From Candidatus Omnitrophota bacterium (GTDB taxonomy: Bacteria > Omnitrophota > Gorgyraeia > Zapsychrales > Fredricksoniimonadaceae): DNA of 64,000 nt. The notes beneath the pieces were generated by a model. That model worked only from the letters and a program-made list of their open reading frames with translations, was not told the DNA's origin and searched no databases. Where the stretch lies: the NCBI GenBank assembly GCA_028870995.1, contig JAGWOI010000006.1, positions 19,514-83,513 of the forward strand, given 5' to 3'. This document shows positions 29,735-39,429 of this stretch, one piece after another (position 1 is the stretch's first letter; every line of letters starts with the position of its first letter). The position numbers were made by a program, and so were the translations under genes.

Positions 29735-30825
29735 AAAAACGTCGGATAGCTATTTTAACCAGCGGTGGCGACTGTTCAGGGCTGAACGCCGTGATCAGGG
29801 CCGTTACAAAGAAGGCCATCCATGAGTACGCCTACGAGGTCGTCGGCATCAAGGACGGTTTCGAAGGCCTGATCTTCAAAAGCTGGCGCATGCTGGGGGA
29901 GGCCGATGTTTCCGGGATCCTGACCATGGGAGGCACGATTTTGGGGACCACCAACAGGGCCAATCCCTACAAATATCCCATCGAAACAAGGACAAAGGTG
30001 TCTTATAAAGACCTTTCAAGCCGCGTCCTCAGGAATTTGCATCAATTAAAGATCGATTGTCTGGTGACGATCGGCGGGGACGGTACCCTGGACACGGCCC
30101 ACCGCCTGGCCTGTCAAGGGGTGCCTATTGTCGGTGTCCCCAAGACCGTGGACAATGACGTCAAGGGGACGGATATCACCTTCGGGTTCGACACTGCCGT
30201 TCATGTGGCCACCGAAGGCATCGACAGGCTGCATACGACGGCGGAATCCCATCACCGCATCATGATCCTCGAAGTGATGGGACGAAGGGCAGGATGGATA
30301 GCGCTCTACGCCGGTCTGGCCGGCGGCGGGGACATCATCCTCATTCCTGAAATTCCTTACAATGTCCCCTTGCTGGCCAAGCATATCAAGGACCGCCGCC
30401 GCAGGGGAAAAAATTTTACGATTTTGGTGGTCGCGGAAGGCGCCAAGCCCGTGGGCGGCCAGGTGACGGTGCAGCGTATCGTCAAGGACGCCTCGGCGCC
30501 GGTCCGTTTGGGTGGGGTAAGCTTTTTGCTGGGACAGGAGCTGGAAAGGCTCACCGGCATTGAAACACGCAATTGCGTTATGGGGCACCTGCAGCGGGGG
30601 GGATCACCTTCTCCATTTGACCGGATATTGGCCACACAATTGGGTTCAAAGGCCGTTGACCTGATCGCCCAGGGCCGTTTCGGCTACATGGTGGCAGTCA
30701 AGGAGAGCCGCCTGACTCATGTGCCTCTGGCTGAAGTGGCGCAAGGCTCAAGGCTTGTGCCCACGGACCATCCTTTGATCAAGGATGCCCGTGCCTTAGG
30801 GGCCTGTTTTGGGGATGAGAAATGA
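29731..30825 (+). CDS. pfkA: 6-phosphofructokinase (mixed-substrate group III type)
   Basis: 'TSGGDCSGLN', 'GGTILGT', 'GGDGT', 'PKTVDND', 'EVMGR', 'GHLQRGG'. Confidence 0.95.
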   Translation: MKKRRIAILTSGGDCSGLNAVIRAVTKKAIHEYAYEVVGIKDGFEGLIFKSWRMLGEADVSGILTMGGTILGTTNRANPYKYPIETRTKVSYKDLSSRVLRNLHQLKIDCLVTIGGDGTLDTAHRLACQGVPIVGVPKTVDNDVKGTDITFGFDTAVHVATEGIDRLHTTAESHHRIMILEVMGRRAGWIALYAGLAGGGDIILIPEIPYNVPLLAKHIKDRRRRGKNFTILVVAEGAKPVGGQVTVQRIVKDASAPVRLGGVSFLLGQELERLTGIETRNCVMGHLQRGGSPSPFDRILATQLGSKAVDLIAQGRFGYMVAVKESRLTHVPLAEVAQGSRLVPTDHPLIKDARALGACFGDEK

Positions 30826-33359
30826 ACGGCAAACAAAAATCTCAAACCCTGAATTTCGATTTTAAGATTTGCACCAAGGAGGTCCTTTTCGAAAAATTTA
30901 AGACCTCGGCCTCCGGGCTTACCGAAGCCGAAGCGGCCAGGCGGCTGGAGGAGTACGGCCCCAACGAGGCGGCCCGCAAACAAAAAAGGACCATTGTCTT
31001 TCAGTTCATCTCCAAGTTTTTCCATCCTCTTATCCTCCTGCTGATCGTGATCGCTGCCGTAACCTTCTGGACCGGGGATGCCGTCAGCGGTTCCATCATC
31101 GGCCTCATGGCCTTCATGAGTGTCGTGCTCGGGTTTGTGCAGGAATACCGCGCCGGCAAGGAAGCGGACCGCTTAAGCGAAATGGTGCGGGCCACCGCCA
31201 CCATCTACCGCAACGGCAGGCAAAAAGAGATCCCCATTAAACAGATCGTTCCCGGTGACATCGTCGATCTTTTTGCGGGCGACATGATTCCGGCGGACAT
31301 CAGGATCATCCAGGCCAAGGATTTGTTTATCAACCAGGCGGCGTTGACCGGTGAATCCATGCCGGTGGAAAAGACCCCGGCCACCGACAGCATGGCCTTC
31401 ATGGGGTCCAGTGTCGTCAGCGGCACCGCCTTAGGCGTTGTCATTAAAACCGGGCTGTCCACGGAATTCGGTGAGGTCTCCAAGCGGCTGGCGGCCATCA
31501 ACCAGCCCACCAGCTTCGACCGCGGCATCAATAGCTTCGTGTGGCTGATGATCCGGGCCATGGTGGTCCTGGTCATGGTCATTTGCGCCATCAATTTCTT
31601 CACCAAACATAACTTCATGGATGCCCTGCTTTTTTCGCTGTCGGTTGCCATTGGGCTTACCCCTGAAATGCTGCCCATGCTGGTGGCCATCAATTTGTCC
31701 AAAGGGGCCATCGCCATGTCGAAAAAAGAGGTCATCGTCAAGCGCCTGAACGCGATCCAGAATTTCGGCGCTATGGATGTGCTGTGCACGGACAAGACCG
31801 GCACCTTGACCCTGGACAGGATCGTGCTGGAAAAATATTGCGACGTGGTGCGCCAGGAAGACCAGGGCACCTTGCAATTGGCCTATATCAACAGTTATTA
31901 CCAGACCGGCCTTAAGAATATCCTGGACAAGGCGGTGTTGAAATACGAAAAGCTGGTCGTCAAACAATATAAGAAGGTCGATGAAATGCCTTTTGATTTC
32001 GCCCGGAGGATCATGTCGGTCGTGGTGGACATGGAGGGCAAACACAAGATCATCACCAAGGGTGCTCCCGAGGAGATCCTCAAAAGGTGCACCAGGTATG
32101 AGCTCGACGGTGAAATTGAGGAAATGGACCCCGTGGTCATTACGGACTTAAAGGAAGAGTACGATCATTTAAGCGCAGACGGATTTCGGGTCTTGGCGGT
32201 CGCCTATAAGGATATGGAAGCCAATAAAGAGGTCTATTCCAAGGATGATGAGAGCAACCTGGTCCTTAAAGGCTACATCGCCTTTCTCGATCCTCCCAAG
32301 CCGACCGCCAAAAAGACCATCGAAGTCTTAAGGAAATTGGGGATCGAACTGAAAGTCCTTACCGGTGACAATGATCTGGTCACCAAGAAGATCTGCAGCG
32401 AAGTCGGGCTTGATATTAAGGGGCTTTTGACCGGTGTGCAACTGGAGAAAATGACTGATGACCAGCTCAAAGAGGCTGTTCAGAGCACCACTGTCTTTGC
32501 CAGGCTCTCGCCGCTGCAAAAAGAGCGGGTGATCCGGGCGCTGCACCGCAACAACCATACGGTCGGTTACTTGGGCGACGGGATCAATGATGCCCCGGCC
32601 CTGAAAGCCGCGGACGTGGGGATCTCGGTCAACAATGCGGTGGATATAGCCAAGGAGTCCGCGGATTTGATCCTGCTGCAGAAGAACCTGCTGGTGCTGC
32701 GCGACGGCGTCCTGGAAGGCCGGCGCGTGTTCGGCAATATTTTTAAATACATCAAGATGGGGGCCTCTTCCAACTTCGGCAACATGTTCAGCATGACCGG
32801 ATCCGGGTTCTTTTTGCCCTACGTCTTAAAATGCAATTTTTACCCGATGCACCCCATTCAAATCATTTTGAACAATTTTTTGTATGACATCTCCCAGGTG
32901 GCCATCCCCACGGACGATGTGGATGAAGATTATCTGTTGAAATCCAGGGCCTGGAACATCGACTATATCAAGAAGTTCATGTTCGTTTTCGGACCGTTGA
33001 GCTCTGTTTTCGATTACCTGACATGGATGGTCATGGTCTGGGTATTTCATGCCGACCAATATCTCTTTGCCACCGCCTGGTTCATCGAATCCATGTGCAC
33101 CCAATTGCTGGTCATCCATATCATCCGTACCGGCAAGATCCCCTTTGTGGAAAGCTGGCCCAGCCCGTTCTTGATTTTTACTTCCATCTACATCGCTTCC
33201 GCGGCCATCGTCATTCCCTACACACCGCTGGGGGCTTATTTCAAATTTGTCATGCCGCCGGCTTCCTTCTTTTTGTTCCTTTTGGCCATCCTTGCTCTTT
33301 ATCTTTGGATGGTCCAGGTGACCAAGGCCTGGTTTATCAAAAAATACGGTTATGAATAA
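30822..33359 (+). CDS. mgtA: Magnesium-translocating P-type ATPase
   Basis: 'TGES', 'GLTPEMLP', 'DKTGT', 'PFDF.RR', 'GDGIND', 'SSNFGNMFS'. Confidence 0.95.
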   Translation: MNGKQKSQTLNFDFKICTKEVLFEKFKTSASGLTEAEAARRLEEYGPNEAARKQKRTIVFQFISKFFHPLILLLIVIAAVTFWTGDAVSGSIIGLMAFMSVVLGFVQEYRAGKEADRLSEMVRATATIYRNGRQKEIPIKQIVPGDIVDLFAGDMIPADIRIIQAKDLFINQAALTGESMPVEKTPATDSMAFMGSSVVSGTALGVVIKTGLSTEFGEVSKRLAAINQPTSFDRGINSFVWLMIRAMVVLVMVICAINFFTKHNFMDALLFSLSVAIGLTPEMLPMLVAINLSKGAIAMSKKEVIVKRLNAIQNFGAMDVLCTDKTGTLTLDRIVLEKYCDVVRQEDQGTLQLAYINSYYQTGLKNILDKAVLKYEKLVVKQYKKVDEMPFDFARRIMSVVVDMEGKHKIITKGAPEEILKRCTRYELDGEIEEMDPVVITDLKEEYDHLSADGFRVLAVAYKDMEANKEVYSKDDESNLVLKGYIAFLDPPKPTAKKTIEVLRKLGIELKVLTGDNDLVTKKICSEVGLDIKGLLTGVQLEKMTDDQLKEAVQSTTVFARLSPLQKERVIRALHRNNHTVGYLGDGINDAPALKAADVGISVNNAVDIAKESADLILLQKNLLVLRDGVLEGRRVFGNIFKYIKMGASSNFGNMFSMTGSGFFLPYVLKCNFYPMHPIQIILNNFLYDISQVAIPTDDVDEDYLLKSRAWNIDYIKKFMFVFGPLSSVFDYLTWMVMVWVFHADQYLFATAWFIESMCTQLLVIHIIRTGKIPFVESWPSPFLIFTSIYIASAAIVIPYTPLGAYFKFVMPPASFFLFLLAILALYLWMVQVTKAWFIKKYGYE

Positions 33360-34546
33360 AGTTTGAGTTTCCGCAGCAGCCCTTCGATCGTCATTCCCTG
33401 GAAAATAATGCTGAATAAGACGATGCCGAAGGTTGCCGACAGGAACAGCGGGGTATAAGGAAAGCGCGGCGATTGCAATTGCAGCATCAGGATGATTGGG
33501 ATCGTCCCCCGAAGACCGCCCCAATAAAGAATGTGGCTCCATTCAAAGGGGACACGGTTTTTAAGGACCAGGTTATAGGTGTACAGGACCGTATAAACAA
33601 TGACGGCCCTGGCGACCAGCACGACGAGAATGCCGGCAAGGATCGGCCATTTGTAGGCAATCAAATGATCGATTCCGATAAAGCGCAGTTCCAGGCCGAT
33701 AATAAGAAAAATGATGGAGTTCAGGATAAAATCAATGACCTCCCAAAAGGTTTCCACCGTCTGACGGGTGACGGCCGACATCCAGGAGAGGCGGCCTTTG
33801 CCCATCACCAGCCCTGCGGCGACGATGGCGATGATCCCTGAAACATGCAGGGATTCGGCGATAAGGGGCGTTCCCAAAACCAGAACAACGGTGAGGGTCA
33901 CTTCCAGCATCGGATCTTCGATGGGTTTGATCAACCGGGAGGCAGCCCACGCGCAAAAGCCGCCTACGGCAGCCCCCCCGGCCGTGACCAGGAGGAATTG
34001 GAGCAGCGCCCAGCCCAAGTGCAGGGGTTCCTGGCGCTGGATCATGTTTAAAAAGACAGCAAACAAGACAACACCCGTGCCGTCATTAAAAAGGCTTTCA
34101 GCTTCAAGGATGGTGCGCAGGCGGGAGGGGGCTTTCAGTTGTTTGATGATCGCCAGCACCGATACAGGATCAGTGGGAGAGATCAGGGCCCCGAAAAGCA
34201 GTGCATAGATCAGCGGGATGTGCCAAGCCCAAGACAACGGGTAGCCGATTAATAAGGCTGAAACCACGATGCCGCCGACGGCCAGGAAGGCGATGGGCTT
34301 CCAGTCCTGCCGTACGTTCTCCTGGCTTAAGTTCATGCTGCCGTGAAAAAGAATAGGCGGCAACAGCAAGAAAAAAGCCACATCATGTGAAAGTTGGATA
34401 TTGGGGACGAGCTTTAAAAAAGAGACGGCAAGGCCGGTCACCACCAGAACGGTCGCGTAAGGTTGTTTGAACCAGCGCATACTTAAGGAAGCCAGGCAGG
34501 CGATTAAAAGTAGAATGACAACGTGCCCGATCGGTAATTCAGCCAT
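33350..34546 (-). CDS. CPA1 family Na+(K+)/H+ antiporter (NhaP/NhaG-like)
   Basis: 'LLPPILF', 'ISPTDPVSV', 'ESLFNDG', 'WGGLRG'. About 12 TM segments. Confidence 0.92.
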   Translation of the reverse strand: MAELPIGHVVILLLIACLASLSMRWFKQPYATVLVVTGLAVSFLKLVPNIQLSHDVAFFLLLPPILFHGSMNLSQENVRQDWKPIAFLAVGGIVVSALLIGYPLSWAWHIPLIYALLFGALISPTDPVSVLAIIKQLKAPSRLRTILEAESLFNDGTGVVLFAVFLNMIQRQEPLHLGWALLQFLLVTAGGAAVGGFCAWAASRLIKPIEDPMLEVTLTVVLVLGTPLIAESLHVSGIIAIVAAGLVMGKGRLSWMSAVTRQTVETFWEVIDFILNSIIFLIIGLELRFIGIDHLIAYKWPILAGILVVLVARAVIVYTVLYTYNLVLKNRVPFEWSHILYWGGLRGTIPIILMLQLQSPRFPYTPLFLSATFGIVLFSIIFQGMTIEGLLRKLKLYS

Positions 34547-34552
34547 AGCTTT

Positions 34553-34581
34553 AAATTACCCCCAACGGCGTTCCATTGCAA
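34553..34581 (-). promoter_or_regulatory. Sigma70 promoter, probably leaderless, for the antiporter
   Basis: Minus strand reads TTGCAA-17bp-TAATTT-6nt-ATG(34546). Confidence 0.55.
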
Positions 34582-34629
34582 GACTTAGCGGAATTTCTTG
34601 GTTAATGAAGGGTCTGGACAACGGATATT

Positions 34630-34698
34630 TATTTTAATGCTTTTTTAACATCTTTAGGTTTTCTTTTAATTAGCTAAAATCAGAGGGAATGCTAAAAT
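34630..34698 (+). promoter_or_regulatory. Putative KdpE-binding site and kdp promoter
   Basis: TTTTAATGCTTTTTTAACA (34632-34650) resembles the T-rich E. coli KdpE site. Extended -10 TGCTAAAAT at 34690-34698 places it roughly -73 to -55. Confidence 0.6.
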
Positions 34699-34735
34699 TA
34701 TCCCCGGGTCAAGATATTTTTGAGGAGGAGCCTTT

Positions 34736-34819
34736 ATGATAGACGTGGTTTATGTTGGTTTGATTATTTTTTTAGGGCTGTTGTCCTGGGCTTTCATTGT
34801 GCTGTGCTCAAAAGTATAG
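34736..34819 (+). CDS. 27-aa hydrophobic peptide upstream of kdpF (not in ORF track)
   Basis: SD GAGGAGGAG. MIDVVYVGLIIFLGLLSWAFIVLCSKV, one TM helix. Confidence 0.7.
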   Translation: MIDVVYVGLIIFLGLLSWAFIVLCSKV

Positions 34820-34847
34820 GTATGGAATCTGCACAAGAGGAGCGCTT

Positions 34848-34937
34848 ATGGTCATAATTTATTGGATCGGCGGCGTTGTCGCCGTTGGGCTGTTTATCTA
34901 TTTGTTGATCGCTTTCTTTAAACCGGAGCTGTTTTAA
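34848..34937 (+). CDS. kdpF: K+-transporting ATPase subunit F (not in ORF track)
   Basis: SD GAGGAG. MVIIYWIGGVVAVGLFIYLLIAFFKPELF carries the 'YL..A...PE.F' KdpF signature and abuts kdpA. Confidence 0.9.
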   Translation: MVIIYWIGGVVAVGLFIYLLIAFFKPELF

Positions 34938-36644
34938 ATGGACCGCAATGATCTTGTTCAAATAGCGATCTATATTTTGGCGCTGCTGTCGGTGGTTAAG
35001 CCTTTGGGCGTGTACATGGCCCGTGTTTATGAAGGCAAGCGGGCGGGTTTGAATGTGTGGCTGGCACCTTTGGAACAATGGATATATAGGATCTGCGGCG
35101 TGAAATCGGAAGAGGGCATGCCCTGGAAAACGTATGCGCTGGCGCTTATACTGTTCAATATATTAGGTATATTGATCGTGTATGCCATCCAACGCCTGCA
35201 GGCCTTTTTGCCTTTAAACCCTATGGGCATGGCTGCGGTTTCTCCGGATTCTTCCTTTAATTCAGCTGTCAGTTTTGCCACCAACACCGATTGGCAGGGA
35301 TATGGCGGCGAAAGCACCATGAGTTATTTGACCCAGATGCTGGCCTTGGCCAAACAGAATTTCTCTTCTGCCGCAACCGGCATGGTGGTATTGGTGGCCT
35401 TGATCAGGGGGTTCGTGCAGAAGCAGACCAATACCATCGGAAATTTTTGGGTGGATATGGTCAGGACGGTCCTTTATATATTATTGCCGTTATCATTGGT
35501 TTTCGCGTTGGTCCTGGTCTCCCAAGGCGTGCCTCAAACTTTCTCGCCGGGCGTTAAGACGACCGCCGGACAAACCATCGCTCTTGGGCCGGTCGCTTCC
35601 CAGGAGGCGATCAAGCAGCTTGGCACCAATGGGGGCGGGTTTTACAATACCAACTCCGCCCATCCCTATGAAAATCCTACACCTTTATCAAATTTTCTTG
35701 AGATGCTGGCCATTCTTTTGATCCCGGCGTCACTTTGCTACACCTTTGGCTGCATGGTCAAGGACCGCAGGCAGGGCTGGGCGCTCCTGGCCGTTATGTT
35801 CATTATTTTTATTCCCTGTTTGCTGTTGGTCACCCAAATCGAACGGCAAGGCAATCCGTTGTTTGACAAGTTGGGCATTGACCAAGTTGAATCGTATCTT
35901 CAGCCCGGCGGCAATATGGAGGGTAAGGAAGCCAGGTTTGGCATCGTTGGCTCTGCTATTTGGGCTGTAGCTACAACCAGTGCTTCCAACGGGTCGGTCA
36001 ACTCAATGCATGATTCGTACATGCCTTTGGGCGGTTTGATCCCCATGTGGCTGATCCAATTGGGGGAGGTGATTTTCGGCGGGGTGGGATCAGGGCTTTA
36101 CGGCATGATCGGCTTTGTCATTGTTGCGGTCTTTATAGCAGGTTTGATGATCGGCCGCACGCCGGAATATTTGGGAAAAAAGATCGAGGCTTTTGAAATG
36201 CAAATGGCTTCTCTGGTGGCCTTTATTCCGCATTTGTTTATTTTGATACCAACCGCCATTGCCGTACTTACCGTTGCAGGTAAGGCGGGGATTGCCAATC
36301 CCGGACCCCATGGTTTCAGTGAAGTCCTTTATGCGTTCTCTTCCGCCGCCGGCAATAACGGCAGTGCTTTCGCCGGATTAAGTGCCAATACCCCTTTTTA
36401 TAATATTGCGTTGGGCGTAGTCATGTTTTTTTGCCGGTATTGGCTGATCATCCCTATATTAGCCATTGCCGGTTCTCTTTCGGCCAAGAAACTTGTTCCG
36501 ACAACACAAGGGACCTTGCCCACTCATACACCTCTTTTCATCTTTTTCCTGGGCATGGTTGTTTTAATCGTCGGGGCATTGGCCTTTTTCCCGGCATTGG
36601 CCTTGGGACCGATCGCCGAACATTTAATGTTGGTTGCCAAGTAG
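34938..36644 (+). CDS. kdpA: K+-transporting ATPase subunit A
   Basis: 'FATNTDWQGY', 'LGTNGGG', 'SASNGS', 'GNNGSAF' filter motifs. Confidence 0.97.
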   Translation: MDRNDLVQIAIYILALLSVVKPLGVYMARVYEGKRAGLNVWLAPLEQWIYRICGVKSEEGMPWKTYALALILFNILGILIVYAIQRLQAFLPLNPMGMAAVSPDSSFNSAVSFATNTDWQGYGGESTMSYLTQMLALAKQNFSSAATGMVVLVALIRGFVQKQTNTIGNFWVDMVRTVLYILLPLSLVFALVLVSQGVPQTFSPGVKTTAGQTIALGPVASQEAIKQLGTNGGGFYNTNSAHPYENPTPLSNFLEMLAILLIPASLCYTFGCMVKDRRQGWALLAVMFIIFIPCLLLVTQIERQGNPLFDKLGIDQVESYLQPGGNMEGKEARFGIVGSAIWAVATTSASNGSVNSMHDSYMPLGGLIPMWLIQLGEVIFGGVGSGLYGMIGFVIVAVFIAGLMIGRTPEYLGKKIEAFEMQMASLVAFIPHLFILIPTAIAVLTVAGKAGIANPGPHGFSEVLYAFSSAAGNNGSAFAGLSANTPFYNIALGVVMFFCRYWLIIPILAIAGSLSAKKLVPTTQGTLPTHTPLFIFFLGMVVLIVGALAFFPALALGPIAEHLMLVAK

Positions 36645-36653
36645 GGAAACGTT

Positions 36654-38732
36654 ATGAAAAAAACAGCCAGTAAGGTCACCTCCCTGTTTGAGCCTGCCAT
36701 TTTATGGCCGGCCGTCGCGGGGTCGTTTAAGAAATTGGATCCAAGGCATCAGATCAAAAACCCTGTGATGTTTGTAGTTTTTGTCGGAAGTCTGCTGACA
36801 ACAGGGGTATGGGTACATGCCTTGCTGGGACAGGGGGAGGCGGGCGCCGGTTTCATTTTGGCCGTCACCCTGTGGCTGTGGTTTACAATCATCTTTGCCA
36901 ATTTTGCCGAGAGCATGGCGGAAGGCCGCGGCAAGGCCCAGGCTGAAAGTTTACGTAAGGCTCGTAAAGATACCCCGGCCAAGAAATTAAATAAGCCGGA
37001 TGACCGCGGTGGCGGCTACACCGGCATTTCTGCGACTGCCCTTCAAAGCGGGGATGTGGTCCTGGTTGAGCAGGGAGATTATATCCCCATGGACGGCGAG
37101 GTCATCGAGGGGGTTGCCTCCGTCGATGAAAGCGCCATTACCGGAGAGAGTGCGCCGGTCATCCGCGAAAGCGGGGGGGACCGCTCATCGGTCACCGGCG
37201 GTACCCGTGTTCTTTCCGATTGGCTGGTGGTTAAAATTACTGCCAATCCCGGTGAAAGTTTTTTGGACCATATGATCGCCATGGTGGAGGGGGCCCGCCG
37301 GCAGAAAACCCCCAACGAAGTGGCATTGAGCATTTTGCTGACCGTATTTACGATCATTTTTCTGTTGGTCACGGTGACGCTTTTGCCGTTTTCCATTTTC
37401 AGCGTGGCGGCGGCAGGTAAGGGCACGGTAATTACGGTTACGGCCTTGGTGGCGCTGCTGGTATGCCTGATTCCTACGACAATCGGAGGCTTGCTGCCGG
37501 CCATCGGCATTGCGGGCATGGATCGCATGATCCAGGCCAACGTCATCGCCACTTCCGGCCGTGCAGTGGAGGCTGCCGGGGACGTGGATGTTTTACTCCT
37601 GGATAAAACAGGGACGGTCACCTTAGGCAACCGGCAGGCTGTGGCCTTTATGCCGACCAAAGGCGTCAGCATTGAGACGCTGGCGGATACCGCGCAACTG
37701 TCGTCGCTGTCTGATGAAACGCCCGAGGGCCGCAGCATTGTGGTCCTGGCCAAACGTTATGGGATCAGGGAAAGGCAGACCCAGGAGATGGGTGCCCATT
37801 TTATCCCTTTCAGTGCCCAGACACGGATGAGCGGGGTGGATTTAGGGACTAATCGCCAGATCAGGAAGGGGTCGGTGGATGCCATCGAAAGCTACGTGAA
37901 AAAAGCCGGAGGCATCTTTCCCGATGATCTAAAATCAGCCATTGAAACCATTTCAAAGGGGGGAGGCACGCCCCTGGTTGTAGCCGAGAACCAGCGTGTT
38001 CTGGGTGTCATCCAATTGAAAGACATCATCAAGGGCGGTATCAGGGAGCGTTTTGCGGAATTGCGCCGCATGGGCATCAAGACCGTCATGATCACCGGGG
38101 ACAATCCGCTGACGGCGGCGGCCATTGCTGCGGAAGCCGGTATGGACGATTTCCTAGCCCAGGCGACACCGGAAACTAAATTAAAACTGATCCGTGACAT
38201 GCAGACCGGCGGACGTCTGGTGGCCATGACCGGCGACGGGACCAATGACGCACCCGCCCTGGCCCAGGCAGATGTGGCCGTGGCTATGAACACCGGCACC
38301 CAGGCCGCCAAAGAGGCCGGCAACATGGTGGATTTGGATTCTAATCCCACCAAGTTGATCGAGGTCGTTAAGATCGGCAAGCAGCTGCTCATCACGCGGG
38401 GGGCATTGACCACCTTTAGTATTGCCAACGATGTTTCCAAATATTTCGCCATTATTCCGGCGGCGTTTGCGGGGACCTATCCGGCGCTGAGGGCGCTGAA
38501 CGTGATGCATTTGACAACCCCGCAAAGCGCCATATTGTCCGCCGTGATTTTTAATGCCCTGATCATTATTTTGCTTATCCCCTTGTCTTTGTTCGGCATT
38601 CCCTACCGTCCCCTGCCGGCCAACCGTTTGTTGAGGGATAATTTATTGATTTACGGTCTGGGCGGTTTCGTTGCGCCGTTTGTGGGGATTAAAATGATCG
38701 ATATGTTATTGGCGGCACTGCATTGGGTGTAA
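36654..38732 (+). CDS. kdpB: K+-transporting ATPase subunit B
   Basis: 'TGES', 'CLIPTTIG', 'DKTGT', 'GDGTND'. Confidence 0.97.
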   Translation: MKKTASKVTSLFEPAILWPAVAGSFKKLDPRHQIKNPVMFVVFVGSLLTTGVWVHALLGQGEAGAGFILAVTLWLWFTIIFANFAESMAEGRGKAQAESLRKARKDTPAKKLNKPDDRGGGYTGISATALQSGDVVLVEQGDYIPMDGEVIEGVASVDESAITGESAPVIRESGGDRSSVTGGTRVLSDWLVVKITANPGESFLDHMIAMVEGARRQKTPNEVALSILLTVFTIIFLLVTVTLLPFSIFSVAAAGKGTVITVTALVALLVCLIPTTIGGLLPAIGIAGMDRMIQANVIATSGRAVEAAGDVDVLLLDKTGTVTLGNRQAVAFMPTKGVSIETLADTAQLSSLSDETPEGRSIVVLAKRYGIRERQTQEMGAHFIPFSAQTRMSGVDLGTNRQIRKGSVDAIESYVKKAGGIFPDDLKSAIETISKGGGTPLVVAENQRVLGVIQLKDIIKGGIRERFAELRRMGIKTVMITGDNPLTAAAIAAEAGMDDFLAQATPETKLKLIRDMQTGGRLVAMTGDGTNDAPALAQADVAVAMNTGTQAAKEAGNMVDLDSNPTKLIEVVKIGKQLLITRGALTTFSIANDVSKYFAIIPAAFAGTYPALRALNVMHLTTPQSAILSAVIFNALIIILLIPLSLFGIPYRPLPANRLLRDNLLIYGLGGFVAPFVGIKMIDMLLAALHWV

Positions 38733-38812
38733 GGAAGGCCGCTTAACTAAAGAATTAAGGGCAGCGGTATATGTTCTGGAACAAGATTTTTAAGTCTTCA
38801 AGGAGGAGCCTG
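38730..38812 (+). other. Putative structured intergenic RNA element between kdpB and kdpC, similar to 55587-55670
   Basis: TAAGGAAGGCCGC-TTAA-loop-TTAA-GGGC-AGCGG ... AAGA-n8-TCTT-CAAGGAGG. Confidence 0.4.
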
Positions 38813-38814
38813 AC

Positions 38815-39393
38815 GTGTTTTTTGTACAATTAAGAACCGCACTAATCGCGTTTATTTTGTTTTCCATTATCACCGGCGTTCTTTATCCGTTGATGGTGAC
38901 GGGGATTGCTCAGACCCTGTTTCACGAAAAGGCGCAGGGCAGCCTGATCCGTTCCAGCCATGGAAAAATATTAGGATCGTCCCTGATAGGCCGGAATTTC
39001 AGCGATCCGAAGTATTTCTGGGGAAGGCTCTCCGCCGCGACTCCCGCCTATAATGCTTCTGCTTCTTCAGGTTCCAATCTGGGGCCTTCCAATCCGGCAC
39101 TTCTCGAGGAGGTCAAAGCCAGGATCGCCGCCCTTAAAAGGGTTGATCCCGGCAATCATGATCCCATTCCTGTGGATTTGGTGACTTCTTCGGGCAGCGG
39201 CTTGGACCCTCATATCAGCCCTGCGGCAGCGCTCTATCAATTGGACCGGGTGGCCAGGGCGAGGAGGTTGACACCGGCCGAAGTCCAAGGCATTGTCGAT
39301 CAACACACTCAAGCCCGTTTTTTAGGACTATTGGGCGAGCCGGTGGTCAACGTCCTTGAAGTGAATCTCGCCTTGGATCGATATAAAAAATAA
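38815..39393 (+). CDS. kdpC: K+-transporting ATPase subunit C
   Basis: 'YFWGRLSA', 'SSGSNLGPSN', 'DLVTSSGSGLDPHIS', 'VNVLEVNLALD'. Confidence 0.96.
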   Translation: MFFVQLRTALIAFILFSIITGVLYPLMVTGIAQTLFHEKAQGSLIRSSHGKILGSSLIGRNFSDPKYFWGRLSAATPAYNASASSGSNLGPSNPALLEEVKARIAALKRVDPGNHDPIPVDLVTSSGSGLDPHISPAAALYQLDRVARARRLTPAEVQGIVDQHTQARFLGLLGEPVVNVLEVNLALDRYKK

Positions 39394-39429
39394 TGCTACA
39401 GACTTCTAAATGAAGTAATATAGAGGGCA

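Noticed and set aside
34634-34680. kdp upstream region as a seventh member of the triple-repeat promoter class
   Set aside because: Only two in-phase units (TTAAT 34634, TTAAC 34645), no third unit at 34656 and no -10 at +38. The geometry fits a KdpE site better.
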